Of a stretch of 64,000 nt of DNA, positions 1-12,942 are shown piece by piece. Source of the DNA: Synechococcus sp. (lineage in GTDB: Bacteria > Cyanobacteriota > Cyanobacteriia > Thermostichales > PCC-7336). Under the pieces are notes generated by a model. That model searched no databases. It was not told the origin of the DNA and was given only the letters and a program-made list of their open reading frames with translations. Every line of letters starts with the position of its first letter. The stretch's first letter is position 1. The stretch is taken from contig JBFRWD010000102.1 of NCBI GenBank assembly GCA_051439425.1, positions 1 to 64,000 on the forward strand, written 5' to 3'. A program made the translations under genes and the position numbers.

Positions 1-125
1 AGACCTTCTACACCAAGAACATCCTCTTGAACGAGGGTATTCGTGCATGGATGGCTCCTCAGGACCAACCTCAGCGCAACTACGTCTTCCCCGAGGAAGT
101 TCTTCCTCGCGGTAACGCTCTCTAA
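1..125 (+). CDS. psbD: Photosystem II D2 protein, 3' end (partial, not in ORF track)
   Basis: Manual translation gives [40 protein letters not shown] (TAA 123-125), the D2 C-terminus; lies upstream of psbC. Confidence 0.97.
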   Translation, partial: TFYTKNILLNEGIRAWMAPQDQPQRNYVFPEEVLPRGNAL

Positions 126-218
126 ATTGAGATTTATGGGGCAGATCGCAACCGATTTGCCCTAATCTCGTTTTATTAATCCGTTTTCGTTTGTATTCCT
201 TCGCGGAGATTCTCTTCT

Positions 219-1595
219 GTGACTGTCGCTTTTGACTCGGCGGCGTTGCGAGATCGAACACAAGGTGGTTTTGCCTGGTGGTCTGGTAACGCTCGTCTGA
301 TTAACCTCTCTGGTCGCTTGCTCGGGGCACACGTTGCCCACGCGGGTCTGATTGTTTTCTGGACCGGCGCAATGACTCTGTTCGAAGTGGCTCACTTCGT
401 ACCGAACAAGCCTATGTACGAGCAGGGCGCAATTTTGATCCCTCACCTGGCTTCTTTGGGCTGGGGTGTAGGGCCTGGCGGCGATGTCGTCAATCTTTTC
501 CCCTATTTTGTTGTCGGTGTTTTACACCTGATTTCTTCTGCTGTTCTGGGTATCGGCGGTATTTACCACGCTCTGCGCGGCCCCGCAACTCTCGAGCAGT
601 ATTCTCCGTTCTTCGGTTACGACTGGAAGGACAAGAATAAGATGACCACCATCATCGGTATTCACTTGATCCTGTTGGGTCTAGGTGCCCTGTTGCTGGT
701 TGCCAAGGCCATATGGTTTGGCGGTCTGTACGATACCAACGCCCCTGGTGGTGGTGATGTTCGCCTGATCACCAACCCGACCCTCGATCCTGGCGTGATT
801 TTCGGCTACCTACTCAAGTCTCCCTTTGGTGGCGAAGGCTGGATCGTCAGCGTTAATAACCTTGAGGACGTTGTTGGTGGCCACATCTACCTTGGTTTGA
901 TCTGCATCGGTGGTGGCGTGTGGCACATTCTGACCAAGCCTTTTGGTTGGGCCCGTCGTGCTTTCGTTTGGTCTGGTGAAGCATATTTGTCCTACAGCTT
1001 GGCTGCTGTATCTCTGATGAGCTTCATTTCCGTTTGTTTCGTTTGGTTTAACAACACCGTTTATCCCAGCGAATTCTACGGTCCTACCGAGCCCGAAGCG
1101 TCTCAGGCTCAGGCGTTCACCTTCTTGGTCCGTGACCAACGATTGGGCGCTAACATTTCTCAGGCACAAGGCCCTACCGGTCTAGGTAAGTACTTGATGC
1201 GCTCTCCCACGGGTGAGATCATCTTCGGTGGTGAGACCATGCGCTTCTGGGACGTACAAGCTCCTTGGTTGGAGCCCCTACGTGGTCCTAACGGCTTGGA
1301 TATCAACAAGCTCAAGAATGACATTCAGCCTTGGCAAGTTCGTCGTGCGGCTGAATACATGACTCATCCCGCGATCGCGTCCATCAACTCCGTAGGTGGC
1401 GTTGCAACCGAGATCAACACCGTGAACTACGTGAGTCCTCGGTCTTGGTTGGCTGCTCACAACTTTATCCTCGGTTTCTTCTTCTTCGTCGGTCACCTGT
1501 GGCACGCTGGTCGTGCTCGTGCAGCTGTGGCTGGTTTCGAGAAGGGCATCGAGCGTGAGAGCGAGCCCGCACTCCGCATGAAGGAACTGCGTTAA
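219..1595 (+). CDS. psbC: Photosystem II CP43 protein
   Basis: [27 protein letters not shown] (loop-E Glu/Arg of the OEC), [11 protein letters not shown]; has the large loop E so not IsiA; GTG start with GGAG upstream. Confidence 0.97.
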   Translation: MTVAFDSAALRDRTQGGFAWWSGNARLINLSGRLLGAHVAHAGLIVFWTGAMTLFEVAHFVPNKPMYEQGAILIPHLASLGWGVGPGGDVVNLFPYFVVGVLHLISSAVLGIGGIYHALRGPATLEQYSPFFGYDWKDKNKMTTIIGIHLILLGLGALLLVAKAIWFGGLYDTNAPGGGDVRLITNPTLDPGVIFGYLLKSPFGGEGWIVSVNNLEDVVGGHIYLGLICIGGGVWHILTKPFGWARRAFVWSGEAYLSYSLAAVSLMSFISVCFVWFNNTVYPSEFYGPTEPEASQAQAFTFLVRDQRLGANISQAQGPTGLGKYLMRSPTGEIIFGGETMRFWDVQAPWLEPLRGPNGLDINKLKNDIQPWQVRRAAEYMTHPAIASINSVGGVATEINTVNYVSPRSWLAAHNFILGFFFFVGHLWHAGRARAAVAGFEKGIERESEPALRMKELR

Positions 1596-1632
1596 TTCGC
1601 GGAATCCTTTTGCAAGAGATTTAATTCTTCTG

Positions 1633-1660
1633 AGCCTCTACCCCTGCGGTGGAGGCTTTG
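1633..1660 (+). terminator. Stem-loop after psbC
   Basis: AGCCTCTACC-cctgc-GGTGGAGGCT followed by a short T run. Confidence 0.5.
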
Positions 1661-1773
1661 CCATTCATTGATTTGCTTTCCATTGAGGCGAACAAGTAGA
1701 CCAGCACTGTTCGACGACACCTGGGTACTCTGCATAAAATAAGCCTTGCGCAGACCTGCACCCTTCTCATAAC

Positions 1774-3288
1774 GTGAATTTTCCGCTAGCGCGCCTACTA
1801 GACCGTCGTTCCCATCCAACGCGATTCGGACGAGGGCATGTTTCGTATCTCTTTACCGTCCTGGCGATCGCCCATCTGATTCTGGGAGTGGCCTACTTAA
1901 CCTGGAGAACCAATGGTGGCATGTCCGAAGATGCTCCTCTCCTATCGTGGGTGTTCTTATTAGCAGAGGGGTTCACATTAGTTGGGGCTATGGGATTCAG
2001 TCTCAGCCATTTACGATATCGAGTTCCCCCCGTAGATCGCTTTTCAGCCCTTCAGTCTGCCCTAGCTGAATTGCCGCCAATTGATGTCGCGCTCGTAAGA
2101 GATAAAGAGTCCATCACTGCGACCTGCCAAACCGCACAATTGGCCCAAGAACTGGACTACCCAGAGCACCTGCTATCCGTCAGAATTGTAGACTGCGATG
2201 CTGATGTGACACTGGCTCGCCAAGCTGACATTGTGGGGTGCGAATATACAGCAATTGAGATAGAGCGGAGCAAAGCCCTACACAACCTATTGCAGCAGGA
2301 CGTCTTCGAGGGGGATTATTTGCTGGTTTTAGATGTGGGGCAGTTTCCCACCCGCGATCTGCTCAAGCAGCTCCTACCGTATTTTTTTGACACTCCCGAA
2401 ACCGCACCAATTGCGAATCGAACCGGGTACGTTCAGCCCATGCTGGCCCCTATCGCTCACCAGCGCCGCGAGCACCCACTCCAGCAATTGATTCCGTTGG
2501 GGGAAATGGGTGGAGATTGCGCCCCCTTATTGGGGGCAGGGGCTCTCTTTCGACGGCAGGCACTCGCTGATTTGCCCTACATTGATTGGAATTATCCCGT
2601 TCACCTCGGAACCGAGCTACACATTCGCGGGTGGCGATCGCACATCTGTCGCACCACCTCCATCGCGGGTATTTCCATTCCGCTCCTTAACCGCCAAATG
2701 GCGCTGCTTGCCATTCAGCACGCGGTCAGATTATTGCCATGGTGGCGAATTCCGATTACGCAAACACAGAGATTTCAATATGTTTGGCTTACCCTATGGA
2801 GTATGGGGGGAATCGCCACAACCTTATACCTCTTCGTCCCAATGTGGTTTTTGTGGACAGGGATTGCACCAGTACCAGCCTTCGATCTAGTCTTTCTGAC
2901 CTGGTTTTTACCCTATGCATTCTTGGGGCGTTTGGCCTGGCTGGCCTCTACTCCCGCCCATCACTGGAAAGCAGCTTGGAGGGCAGAGCGACAAACTGGG
3001 GCACAATTCTTTCAATCTGTGCAGGCTATGTCGCGATCTGTGCTCGGTCAACATCCCGTATCGAGAACGCCATCCCGATGGTCGTTTGGACCGCAGGCAG
3101 TAGCAATCGTGCTGACGATCGCTGCCATGGTAGTCGGTATGGTTCGCCTATTTTCCAGTCAAGATGATGGATCGATCGTCAGTCTGGCATTTTGTTTGGC
3201 TTGGGCAACTTACAATTTGGCTCTCCTCAGTGTCGTGCCACCCGATGTGATAGCGCACAAAAACCCAATAGTTAACGAACAGCTCTAA
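1774..3288 (+). CDS. Cellulose-synthase-like GT2 membrane protein with degenerate catalytic motifs
   Basis: N-terminal TM pair (YLTWR, WVFLLAE), LDYP, VQP, GALFRRQAL, LHIRGWRS and C-terminal TM bundle as in BcsA/CesA; DxD, TED and QxxRW not recognisable. Confidence 0.7.
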   Translation: MNFPLARLLDRRSHPTRFGRGHVSYLFTVLAIAHLILGVAYLTWRTNGGMSEDAPLLSWVFLLAEGFTLVGAMGFSLSHLRYRVPPVDRFSALQSALAELPPIDVALVRDKESITATCQTAQLAQELDYPEHLLSVRIVDCDADVTLARQADIVGCEYTAIEIERSKALHNLLQQDVFEGDYLLVLDVGQFPTRDLLKQLLPYFFDTPETAPIANRTGYVQPMLAPIAHQRREHPLQQLIPLGEMGGDCAPLLGAGALFRRQALADLPYIDWNYPVHLGTELHIRGWRSHICRTTSIAGISIPLLNRQMALLAIQHAVRLLPWWRIPITQTQRFQYVWLTLWSMGGIATTLYLFVPMWFLWTGIAPVPAFDLVFLTWFLPYAFLGRLAWLASTPAHHWKAAWRAERQTGAQFFQSVQAMSRSVLGQHPVSRTPSRWSFGPQAVAIVLTIAAMVVGMVRLFSSQDDGSIVSLAFCLAWATYNLALLSVVPPDVIAHKNPIVNEQL

Positions 3289-3360
3289 ACCGATCGATCT
3301 GGTAGCCAATACAGGCCGTTAGAGCTAAATAGGCTCCAGTCCAATACAGCTTCTGGCTAG

Positions 3361-3467
3361 CTTGAGCAAGCGATCGAGCAGCTCTACAGAAGTAGCCATA
3401 CCACTGCGAGAATTTCAGCTACGCTCAACCCTGACTGGGATTGGATGTCTTGGTCCTAACCGAGATG
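3361..3467 (-). repeat. Dispersed intergenic repeat family B, copy 1
   Basis: Reverse complement aligns by eye to 9746-9853 (core TAGCTGA..CGCAGTGGTATGGC 23/27). Confidence 0.7.
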
Positions 3468-3505
3468 AAAAGCGCCATACCGGTTCTGCCGATATAGCGC
3501 TAGGT

Positions 3506-3582
3506 AATCCGCTATGGAGATCATCTCTCCCTGTGGATTAAGGCTTTGAGCTGTCTCCTGACTCTCGACCTTACAGCGGATT
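3506..3582 (-). repeat. Dispersed intergenic repeat family A, copy 1
   Basis: Reverse complement starts AATCCGCTGTAAGGTC..GACAGCTCAA, 34/42 identical to the copy at 34656. Confidence 0.75.
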
Positions 3583-3632
3583 GCTATTCCCCTGGTTGGG
3601 TTGGCAGATTGAAGTAAGGTTGTATCCACATC

Positions 3633-3667
3633 AAAAGCCCTCGGACATCAGGGTGCCGAGGGCTTTT
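3633..3667. terminator. Intrinsic terminator of groEL, possibly bidirectional
   Basis: AAAAGCCCTCGG...CCGAGGGCTTTT inverted repeat with A/T tails. Confidence 0.85.
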
Positions 3668-3717
3668 GACTCCATTCAAGAACAACCGATCTTTGGCGAT
3701 CGATTGTCGCTTAGGGT

Positions 3718-5349
<1,632 letters not shown>

Positions 5350-5478
5350 TCAATGCCTTGTGTGACTCTAAAGAATAGAAAAGAATGAATGAAATCCTGG
5401 CGAACCAGCCGGAGCTGCAGTCTTTTGACAGACACGAATTATTGCCAGTAAGAAATAACTGCTAGTCAGAAACTGCTG

Positions 5479-5790
5479 CTAGTCAACAATTGCCAGAATG
5501 TCGCGCTCGGCCAACAGAACGTATTCCTCGTCGCTCAGCTTGACCTCGGTACCGGCGTACTTAGAGTACAGGACTTTGTCGCCTACATTTACTTCCAAAG
5601 CAACCAGCATGCCATCGTCGTTACGCTTGCCAGGACCGACAGCCACAATCTCGCCCACCTGAGGCTTTTCTTTGGCAGCGTCGGGTAAGTAAATGCCGCC
5701 AGCGGTCTTCTCATCACTGCTGGCAATCTTAATAAAGACGCGATCGCCCAAGGGCTTTAGGGAAGATGCGTTCAAAGTTAGTGTTGGCAT
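5479..5790 (-). CDS. groES: Co-chaperonin GroES
   Basis: [25 protein letters not shown]. Confidence 0.99.
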   Translation of the reverse strand: MPTLTLNASSLKPLGDRVFIKIASSDEKTAGGIYLPDAAKEKPQVGEIVAVGPGKRNDDGMLVALEVNVGDKVLYSKYAGTEVKLSDEEYVLLAERDILAIVD

Positions 5791-5865
5791 AGGAGCTCTC
5801 CTTCGCGGTTTGTGGCGAAGCGTAGAAACGTCAGTACGAGTACAATTCGCTGGGCAAGGGACGTT

Positions 5866-5892
5866 TTAGCACTCTCGCCCGTCGAGTGCTAG
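5866..5892 (-). promoter_or_regulatory. CIRCE element (HrcA operator)
   Basis: TTAGCACTC-N9-GAGTGCTAG, one mismatch to consensus, upstream of groES. Confidence 0.95.
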
Positions 5893-5920
5893 TTTACCAG
5901 TGGCAATTTTTGGGTGACAA
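5891..5920 (-). promoter_or_regulatory. sigma70-type promoter of groES-groEL
   Basis: Minus strand TTGTCA-N18-TAAACT abutting CIRCE. Confidence 0.7.
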
Positions 5921-5954
5921 CCAGATGCGGGCGGCTGCTTCCCCTACTGAGCAG

Positions 5955-5970
5955 GTAGTAGTAACCGAAC
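5955..5970 (-). promoter_or_regulatory. K-box-like element upstream of the groESL promoter
   Basis: Minus strand GTTCGG-TTAC-TACTAC vs K-box GTTCGG-NNAN-CCNNAC; expected position. Confidence 0.55.
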
Positions 5971-6226
5971 TTCGCGAGTAAATCCTGGAAGATATTGCAC
6001 GACCAGACAGCCGCTCGCCGGGCTCTCAGCATGAAGCTAGAGTGTCAAGGTGCTTTCAGATTTTGTGCGGGGGGTTAGGGCCGCCTGGCTACGCTATCGC
6101 CTGCTTGAGCCTCACTCCGGTCGCCGTTGCGTGCAGCACATTAGGCGTCTCCGAAGGCAGGTACTGGATGGCGAAACCACAATACACTGAGAAAGCAAAA
6201 CCGGTTAATTCTGGCTCTCACCATCC

Positions 6227-9200
6227 ATGTCTTTTCAACCCATCGTGCGCGCAATGGGGCAGTTGCCCATTGCAGAAGAACTCCGCTCTAAGCTAGCCGA
6301 CCAGAATGAACTAGCGCTGTGCGGTGTGGGGCGCATTCCGAAAGGACTGGTCATCTCGGCGTTACTGCAAGCGAGCGATCGCCCTCTGCTCGTCATCACA
6401 GCAACCTTGGAAGAAGCCGGTCGATGGTCGACTCAATTAGAGGCAATGGGTTGGGAGACGGTGCACTTCTATCCCACAACCGAGACTTCCCCTTACGAGC
6501 CCTTCGACTCTGAAGACGAGATTATTTGGGGACAACTGCAAATTCTGACGGATTTAGCCACCCCATCTAGCACCAATCTGGGTAGCACAGCCATCGTGGC
6601 AACCGAACGGGCGCTACAACCCCATCTACCACCACCCAAGATCTTCCGAGAGTTCTGCGTAAGCCTCCACACTGGAGAGTCGTTGACTTTCAAAAAACTC
6701 AGCGAGCACTTAACGCGTCTGGGCTACGAGCGCGTTGCATTGGTGGAAAAAGAAGGGCAGTGGAGTCGTCGTGGCGACATTATCGACATCTATCCCATCT
6801 CGACTGAATGGCCCGTTCGGCTAGAGTTCTTCGGAGATGAACTGGAGAAAATTCGCGAATTCGACCCCGCCACCCAGCGATCGCAAGACACCCTGTCAAC
6901 CATCACTCTCACCCCCACCAGCTTGACCCCTATCCTGCTGCCGGTCTTGCGGGAGAACGCCGATATTCACGAAGACATCGAAGCGCTCGTCACAGCAGAA
7001 GAGCATCCTCAGGGGCTGCGCCGGTTCTTGGGATTGGTATACGAACAGCCCGCCAGTTTGGCTGATTACCTACCGGATAATGCTGCGATTGCGATCGACG
7101 AACCCGATCAGTGCAGTGCTCACGCCCAACAGTGGGTAGATCATGTCGATGAACAGTGGCCAGCTATCCAGGAGCAACAACCCTATCTCGATCAGATTCA
7201 CCGCTCCTTCTCCGACTGCACGGCAACGCTTGAAGATCGCGCACGCCTCCTACTTTCAGAATTAGTCACGGATGACGGTGGCCTCGATTTAGCGGGTAAA
7301 TCACTGGCCTCCATTCCCCACCAGTTCGGAGCCTTGGCAAAAACCATTCGAGACGAACTAAAGCGCCATAACCGTCCCTGGATTGTTTCTGCCCAGCCCT
7401 CTCGCTCCGCTGCTCTGCTACAAGAGCACGACTGTCCCGCCCAATATGTCCCCAACCCCAATGACTATCCGGCAATTGACAAACTCGGCAACCAACAGGT
7501 GCCCGTTGCTCTGAAATACTCGGGTCTGGCAGAAGTTCAGGGATTTGTCTTGCCCACATTCCGCACGTCACTCGTGACCGATCGCGAGTTTTTTGGCCAG
7601 CAATCCCTATCCACTCCCACCTACATCCGAAAGCGCCGTCGAGCCGTCTCCAAAACCGTCGATCCCAACCAACTCAAACCGGGAGACTTCGTTGTCCATA
7701 AAAATCACGGCATCGGCAAATTCCTCAAGCTAGAGAGCCTCACCCTCAACAACGAAACTCGCGAATATCTGGCTATCAAGTACGCCGACGGAGTGCTGCG
7801 GGTGGCTGCCGACCAGCTCAATACTCTCTCCCGCTTCCGCTCCACCGGCGGCAAAAACCCGACGTTGCATAAGATGCAGGGCAAGGTGTGGGAAAAAACC
7901 AAAAATAAAGTCCGAAAAGCCATTCAAAAAGTGGCCTTCGACTTGCTGGAACTGTATGCCAAGCGGGCCGAGCAGCAGGGCTTCTCCTATCCAACCGATT
8001 CCCCCTGGCAACAGGAGATGGAAGACTCTTTCCCCTACCAACCCACACCAGACCAGCTCAAAGCCACCCAAGACGTGAAGCAAGACATGGAAAGCGATCG
8101 CCCCATGGACCGCCTGGTCTGTGGAGATGTGGGCTTTGGAAAAACTGAAGTGGCCATCCGGTCGATCTTCAAGGCGGTCACGTCCGGCAAACAAGCCGCT
8201 CTGCTAGCCCCCACCACCATCCTGGCCCAACAGCACTACCACACCATCCGCGAACGCTTTGCCCCCTACCCGATGGAGATTGGCCTGCTCAACCGCTTTC
8301 GCACTGCTGGAGAACGCAAAAACATCCAACAGCGATTGGCCACTGGAGAGCTAGACATCGTAGTGGGCACCCACCAACTCTTGGGAAAAGCTGTGAAGTT
8401 TAAAGACCTCGGCCTCTTAGTGGTGGACGAAGAGCAGCGCTTCGGGGTGAATCAAAAAGAGAAAATCAAAACCCTCAAAACTCAAGTGGACGTTCTTACC
8501 CTGTCCGCTACCCCTATCCCCCGAACCCTCTACATGTCCTTATCGGGCGTACGGGAAATGAGCTTGATTACCACTCCGCCACCGTCTCGTCGCCCTATCA
8601 AAACCCACCTATCCCCCTACGATCCGGAAAAAGTCCATGCAGCTATTCGCCAAGAACTCGATCGCGGCGGCCAAATATTCTATGTCGTGACCCGTGTCGA
8701 AGGCATCGAAGAGGTGGCTGCTCGTCTGCGATTGATGATTCCCAGCCTGAGAATTGCGATCGCCCACGGTCAAATGGCAGAAGGGGAACTGGAAGCAACG
8801 ATGATCGCGTTCAATAACGGCGAAGCGGACTTGTTAGTCTGTACCACCATCATCGAGTCCGGGTTGGATATTCCGCGAGTCAACACCATCCTGGTGGAAA
8901 ATGCCGAACGTTTTGGCTTATCCCAGCTCTATCAGCTCCGTGGCCGCGTTGGACGAGCTGGCATCCAGGCTCATGCTTGGCTGTTCTATCGCAAAGCTAG
9001 CAAGCTAACAGACGATGCTCGAAAACGTCTACGAGCCATTCAAGAGTTCACACAACTGGGCTCCGGTTATCAATTAGCCATGCGAGATATGGAAATTCGC
9101 GGCGTCGGCAACCTACTGGGGGCACAGCAATCCGGACAGATGAATGCTATCGGCTTCGACCTCTATATGGACATGCTGAATGAGGCGATCGCCAAAATTC

Positions 9201-9691
9201 GCGGTCAAGAGATTCCCACCGTGGACGACACCCAGGTGGATCTCAATCTGACAGCCATGATTCCCGAGAAATATATCTCCGACCCCGATATGAAGATGTC
9301 CGCCTACCGCCAAGTGGCCGCCGCTAGCTCGCGGGTGGAGCTGAAAGGAATTGCGGTGGATTGGAGCGATCGCTTCGGTACTCTCCCCAAACCGGTAGAG
9401 GAGCTATTGCGGGTCATGGAATTGAAGTACGTCGCGAAGTCTTTAGGATTCTCTCGCGTCAAACCGGTGGATGCCCACGTCATTCTCGAAACTCCGATGG
9501 AAGAGCCTGCATGGGATCGGCTCAAAGCCGCACTTCCCACCCACCTGCAGCCTCGCTTTGTCTATCAACCAGGCAAGGTAACGGTCAGAGGTTTAGGGGC
9601 CATGCCTGCTGGTCAGCAGTTGGAGTTTCTCATCCAATGGCTGGACAAGATGAGCACAGCGGTGGGAGAGCCCGTTGCGACTGTTAATTAA
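6227..9691 (+). CDS. mfd: Transcription-repair coupling factor
   Basis: 1154 aa; UvrB-like N-terminus, [29 protein letters not shown]-terminal domain. Confidence 0.98.
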   Translation: MSFQPIVRAMGQLPIAEELRSKLADQNELALCGVGRIPKGLVISALLQASDRPLLVITATLEEAGRWSTQLEAMGWETVHFYPTTETSPYEPFDSEDEIIWGQLQILTDLATPSSTNLGSTAIVATERALQPHLPPPKIFREFCVSLHTGESLTFKKLSEHLTRLGYERVALVEKEGQWSRRGDIIDIYPISTEWPVRLEFFGDELEKIREFDPATQRSQDTLSTITLTPTSLTPILLPVLRENADIHEDIEALVTAEEHPQGLRRFLGLVYEQPASLADYLPDNAAIAIDEPDQCSAHAQQWVDHVDEQWPAIQEQQPYLDQIHRSFSDCTATLEDRARLLLSELVTDDGGLDLAGKSLASIPHQFGALAKTIRDELKRHNRPWIVSAQPSRSAALLQEHDCPAQYVPNPNDYPAIDKLGNQQVPVALKYSGLAEVQGFVLPTFRTSLVTDREFFGQQSLSTPTYIRKRRRAVSKTVDPNQLKPGDFVVHKNHGIGKFLKLESLTLNNETREYLAIKYADGVLRVAADQLNTLSRFRSTGGKNPTLHKMQGKVWEKTKNKVRKAIQKVAFDLLELYAKRAEQQGFSYPTDSPWQQEMEDSFPYQPTPDQLKATQDVKQDMESDRPMDRLVCGDVGFGKTEVAIRSIFKAVTSGKQAALLAPTTILAQQHYHTIRERFAPYPMEIGLLNRFRTAGERKNIQQRLATGELDIVVGTHQLLGKAVKFKDLGLLVVDEEQRFGVNQKEKIKTLKTQVDVLTLSATPIPRTLYMSLSGVREMSLITTPPPSRRPIKTHLSPYDPEKVHAAIRQELDRGGQIFYVVTRVEGIEEVAARLRLMIPSLRIAIAHGQMAEGELEATMIAFNNGEADLLVCTTIIESGLDIPRVNTILVENAERFGLSQLYQLRGRVGRAGIQAHAWLFYRKASKLTDDARKRLRAIQEFTQLGSGYQLAMRDMEIRGVGNLLGAQQSGQMNAIGFDLYMDMLNEAIAKIRGQEIPTVDDTQVDLNLTAMIPEKYISDPDMKMSAYRQVAAASSRVELKGIAVDWSDRFGTLPKPVEELLRVMELKYVAKSLGFSRVKPVDAHVILETPMEEPAWDRLKAALPTHLQPRFVYQPGKVTVRGLGAMPAGQQLEFLIQWLDKMSTAVGEPVATVN

Positions 9692-9745
9692 CGGATCGAG
9701 CCTGTGAGTAATTGCTCGGCTATGCCCGTCATTTGTAGTATTGGC

Positions 9746-9853
9746 CATTTCAGTTAGGACAGAAGCTCCGATCGCCGTCAGGTGTAAACCCATAGCTGAC
9801 ATGTCCGCAGTGGTATGGCCACTGCCATAGCCCGATCCATAGCTACGCTCAAG
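9746..9853 (+). repeat. Dispersed intergenic repeat family B, copy 2
   Basis: Aligns to reverse complement of 3361-3467. Confidence 0.7.
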
Positions 9854-9886
9854 TCATATCCTCGATCGACATCTTGACTTGCGCCC

Positions 9887-10813
9887 TTATTGCGCTGGGA
9901 ACACCGCTGAAATGACAGCTTCAGGGTCAATATCTGCCAGCCTGCCAGACTTCGACTGCACCGCTCTGTAGGGGCCATCTGCTGGCAATCGGAATGCAGG
10001 CTTACTGTCTCCAAACAGGGCCACAACTGGGGTTTGAGCAGCAACTGCTAGCTGCATGGCTGCACTATCCGGACAGACAACCAATGTTGCACCGGCGATC
10101 GCGGCAGCCAATTGACCCAAATCGTTGGGGGTCATCACCGCTACATCAGACAAACCGGCCTGCACGGGGGCTGCATTATTCCCATCCGCTACTAAAACCA
10201 CCGGTAGCTCGGGGCGCTTCTCGCGGAATGCACGGGCAATACTTGCCCATTTTTCTATCGGATATTCACCACTCCCCGGATGAATAAGCAAATAGTCGGC
10301 ATCTTTCTGACCCAAAACCGATGTGCGGGTCTCTTCAGCCCAAGCCAAGTCCCCTTTTTTGAAGCGCACTTGAGGAAGATGAGACTTGGGGCTAATGGCA
10401 AACGCCTGCAACAGATCGCAGTACATACTAGCCTCGTACTGTTCGGACTGCCGCTTTACCTTGTCAGTCAAAAAGAGATTAGCTTGGCCACTATACCCAA
10501 CGCGTTTGGGAATACCGGAAAGCCAGATGAAAAACCGGAGCAGTGCATTGTCGCTGAGGGCAATCACAGCATCGTAATAGGCGTCTCGCATCTGCCCCAG
10601 CAAGTTACCCAAATCTGCCAAGCTGAGGGATTCTTGATAATCAAACGGGATGACGCTGTCAACGGAGGGGCAAACCTGATAGGCATCTAGGCTTTTCCTT
10701 TCCGCGATCGCGTGAATCTGAGCATCGGGATAGGCATCTCGCAGCGCTTGTAAGGTGGGAAAAAACAACACCTGATCGCTAACGTCGCCGGGAACCAGTG
10801 CAAGGATGCGCAT
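9887..10813 (-). CDS. Glycosyltransferase family 9 (heptosyltransferase-like)
   Basis: MRILAL..GDVSD..FPTL, HPGS, DSAAMQLAVA..PVVALFG; start placed at MRILAL. Confidence 0.85.
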   Translation of the reverse strand: MRILALVPGDVSDQVLFFPTLQALRDAYPDAQIHAIAERKSLDAYQVCPSVDSVIPFDYQESLSLADLGNLLGQMRDAYYDAVIALSDNALLRFFIWLSGIPKRVGYSGQANLFLTDKVKRQSEQYEASMYCDLLQAFAISPKSHLPQVRFKKGDLAWAEETRTSVLGQKDADYLLIHPGSGEYPIEKWASIARAFREKRPELPVVLVADGNNAAPVQAGLSDVAVMTPNDLGQLAAAIAGATLVVCPDSAAMQLAVAAQTPVVALFGDSKPAFRLPADGPYRAVQSKSGRLADIDPEAVISAVFPAQ

Positions 10814-11152
10814 TCTTAGCCTGCCAACTAGCCAACCGCTCCCCATTCTGCCACCCGATGAGCATAAATGCTTGAGTTTACGTATCTCGATAAGGGATCT
10901 TAAAAGTCGTTTGGACTTTGTTGCTGTTGCACAAATCCCTCAGAATCCTCTAACAGTCAATTGCCGAGATGACCCATACACTAGGATTCTGTCAGGTTTG
11001 CGATGAGGAGATGCTATCAGCATTGCAACAAGTCTGGTGGCAGATGGTTCGCCTATCAACTTTTCCACTGACACAGACAGCAACAGCAGCGTACATGTCG
11101 GCGTCCAGCAGTACATCAATATGCATGTCAGCAATAGTGACGTGAGGTGCAA

Positions 11153-11605
11153 ATGAAAGTCATTGTCCAACGGGTACTCTCATCGTCAGTCACTGTAGAC
11201 GATCAAATCATCGGTCACATCAAGCGTGGCTTAAACCTTCTGATTGGTATTGCCGACAGCGACACCAGTGCCGAAATTGATTGGATGGCGAACAAGCTGC
11301 TCAACTTACGCGTATTTACAGCCGACAACAGCAACAGCAACTTTCAGTCCAGCGTCCTCGACATTGGTGGCAGCATTCTAGCCATCAGTCAGTTCACGTT
11401 GTATGGAGATTGTCGCAAGGGACGACGCCCATCTTTTACGGGCTCAGCCGGTCCCGAACTTGCCGAACCGCTATATGAGGAATTTGTCTCAAAACTACGT
11501 GAAAGCGGCCTGCACGTGGAAACAGGCCGCTTTGGGGCAGATATGAAAGTTGATATTCTCAACGACGGCCCTGTCACACTCATTGTCGAGCGGGAGTCTA
11601 GCTAA
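11153..11605 (+). CDS. dtd: D-aminoacyl-tRNA deacylase
   Basis: [19 protein letters not shown] motifs. Confidence 0.96.
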   Translation: MKVIVQRVLSSSVTVDDQIIGHIKRGLNLLIGIADSDTSAEIDWMANKLLNLRVFTADNSNSNFQSSVLDIGGSILAISQFTLYGDCRKGRRPSFTGSAGPELAEPLYEEFVSKLRESGLHVETGRFGADMKVDILNDGPVTLIVERESS

Positions 11606-11670
11606 ATGAGCGGGAGAACATGAGTTGGATGGTGTCGCGTCACCGGAATGCCCACAGGCAAATCCTCAAA

Positions 11671-12408
11671 TTACGAAGCAGCCTCTTCAAGCAGCTCGGA
11701 TTCTACAGAGTTTGGCAACTCCAAGCAGTAGCCAGCACCATACACAGTCTTGATGAACTGAGGATGCCTAGGATCGGGCTCTAGCTTAGTACGCAAGTGA
11801 CGAATATGAACCCGGATGGTTTCAATATCATCGTCAGGGTCATAACCCCACACTTCTTTCAAAATCTCGCTGGGGGATACCGTTTGCCCGTGACGCTGCA
11901 TCAGGCAATGCAATAGCTCGAACTCAAGGTGAGTCAGCTTGACAGTATTGCCAAACCAAACAGCTTCAAAGCGTTCGGGGATCAGCGTTAAAGGACCGTA
12001 ACTCAAAATTTCGCTGTGTTTAGCAGCTTGAGGGATGCGATCGGTACGACGCAGCAGAGCACGCACGCGTACCAGTAACTCCTGAATTTCAAAGGGCTTG
12101 GTGAGATAATCATCGGCGCCAGCATTGAAGCCATCTACCTTATTCTGGGTTTGACCCAAGGCAGTCAGCATCAGCAGTGGGATTTCTGCAGTGCGCTCGT
12201 CGCGACGCAGGCGTTGGCACACAGTGAATCCATCTACCTTAGGTAGCATCAGATCGAGCACAATCATGTCTGGCAGCAACTGCAATGCCAGAGCCTGACC
12301 CTTGATACCATCAGGGGCCTTGAACACCTCGTATCCTGCCAAATCAAGGTTGACAGACACCAACTCCAGGATCGCCGGGTCGTCGTCGATTACTAAGACT
12401 CGGGGCAT
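11671..12408 (-). CDS. rpaA: OmpR-family response regulator RpaA
   Basis: [42 protein letters not shown] typical of RpaA. Confidence 0.92.
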   Translation of the reverse strand: MPRVLVIDDDPAILELVSVNLDLAGYEVFKAPDGIKGQALALQLLPDMIVLDLMLPKVDGFTVCQRLRRDERTAEIPLLMLTALGQTQNKVDGFNAGADDYLTKPFEIQELLVRVRALLRRTDRIPQAAKHSEILSYGPLTLIPERFEAVWFGNTVKLTHLEFELLHCLMQRHGQTVSPSEILKEVWGYDPDDDIETIRVHIRHLRTKLEPDPRHPQFIKTVYGAGYCLELPNSVESELLEEAAS

Positions 12409-12942
12409 AAGAATTTGCCTGTTGTTTAGGACAATTGATGAAACTATTCGAATCTGTTTTCATCTTAATAGATGTTTGGAAATCATACACATTAACTCCC
12501 AGTTTTGAGAAATGGTGCAGGAGAACCCTAAAATCTCCTCACGCAATAGTCCATTGCTGTAAATAGTGAGGCAATTCTCGATCGCAACCCCTGCATCCAC
12601 AATCGTCAGCGAGATCGCCGCAAAGTCTAACCTTATATGGGGTGGAAGAAAGAGAAACTGGTTGGCCGACCTGACAAAAGACCGCACAGTACCGGCCTTT
12701 TTGTAACGGCCATTTACACTTCAGAAGCAGCCAGCGATCGCTAAAGATTTGCTTTAGAATTCTCCGTCGACATCATTTAGATTCTTGGAAATTGCATTTA
12801 TAAATTCTTAAGATTTTGCGTTAAAGCGCTGAAATATGCCGGAATCTAGGGCGAGGGGGTAACCCGAATCCAATGGTATATATCCTCGGTGGGGAGCTAC
12901 GCAGTTTTCAGATTCCGCAATCACGGCCGGGGATCTGGCAAA

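Noticed and set aside
219..1595. IsiA/Pcb antenna instead of CP43
   Set aside because: Has the full loop E with GETMRFWD and follows psbD
6042..6296. 84-aa ORF or structured RNA upstream of mfd
   Set aside because: No motif, overlaps the mfd start, and no structure I could assign
12701..12718. NtcA site upstream of rpaA
   Set aside because: GTA..TAC spacing is 9 rather than 8
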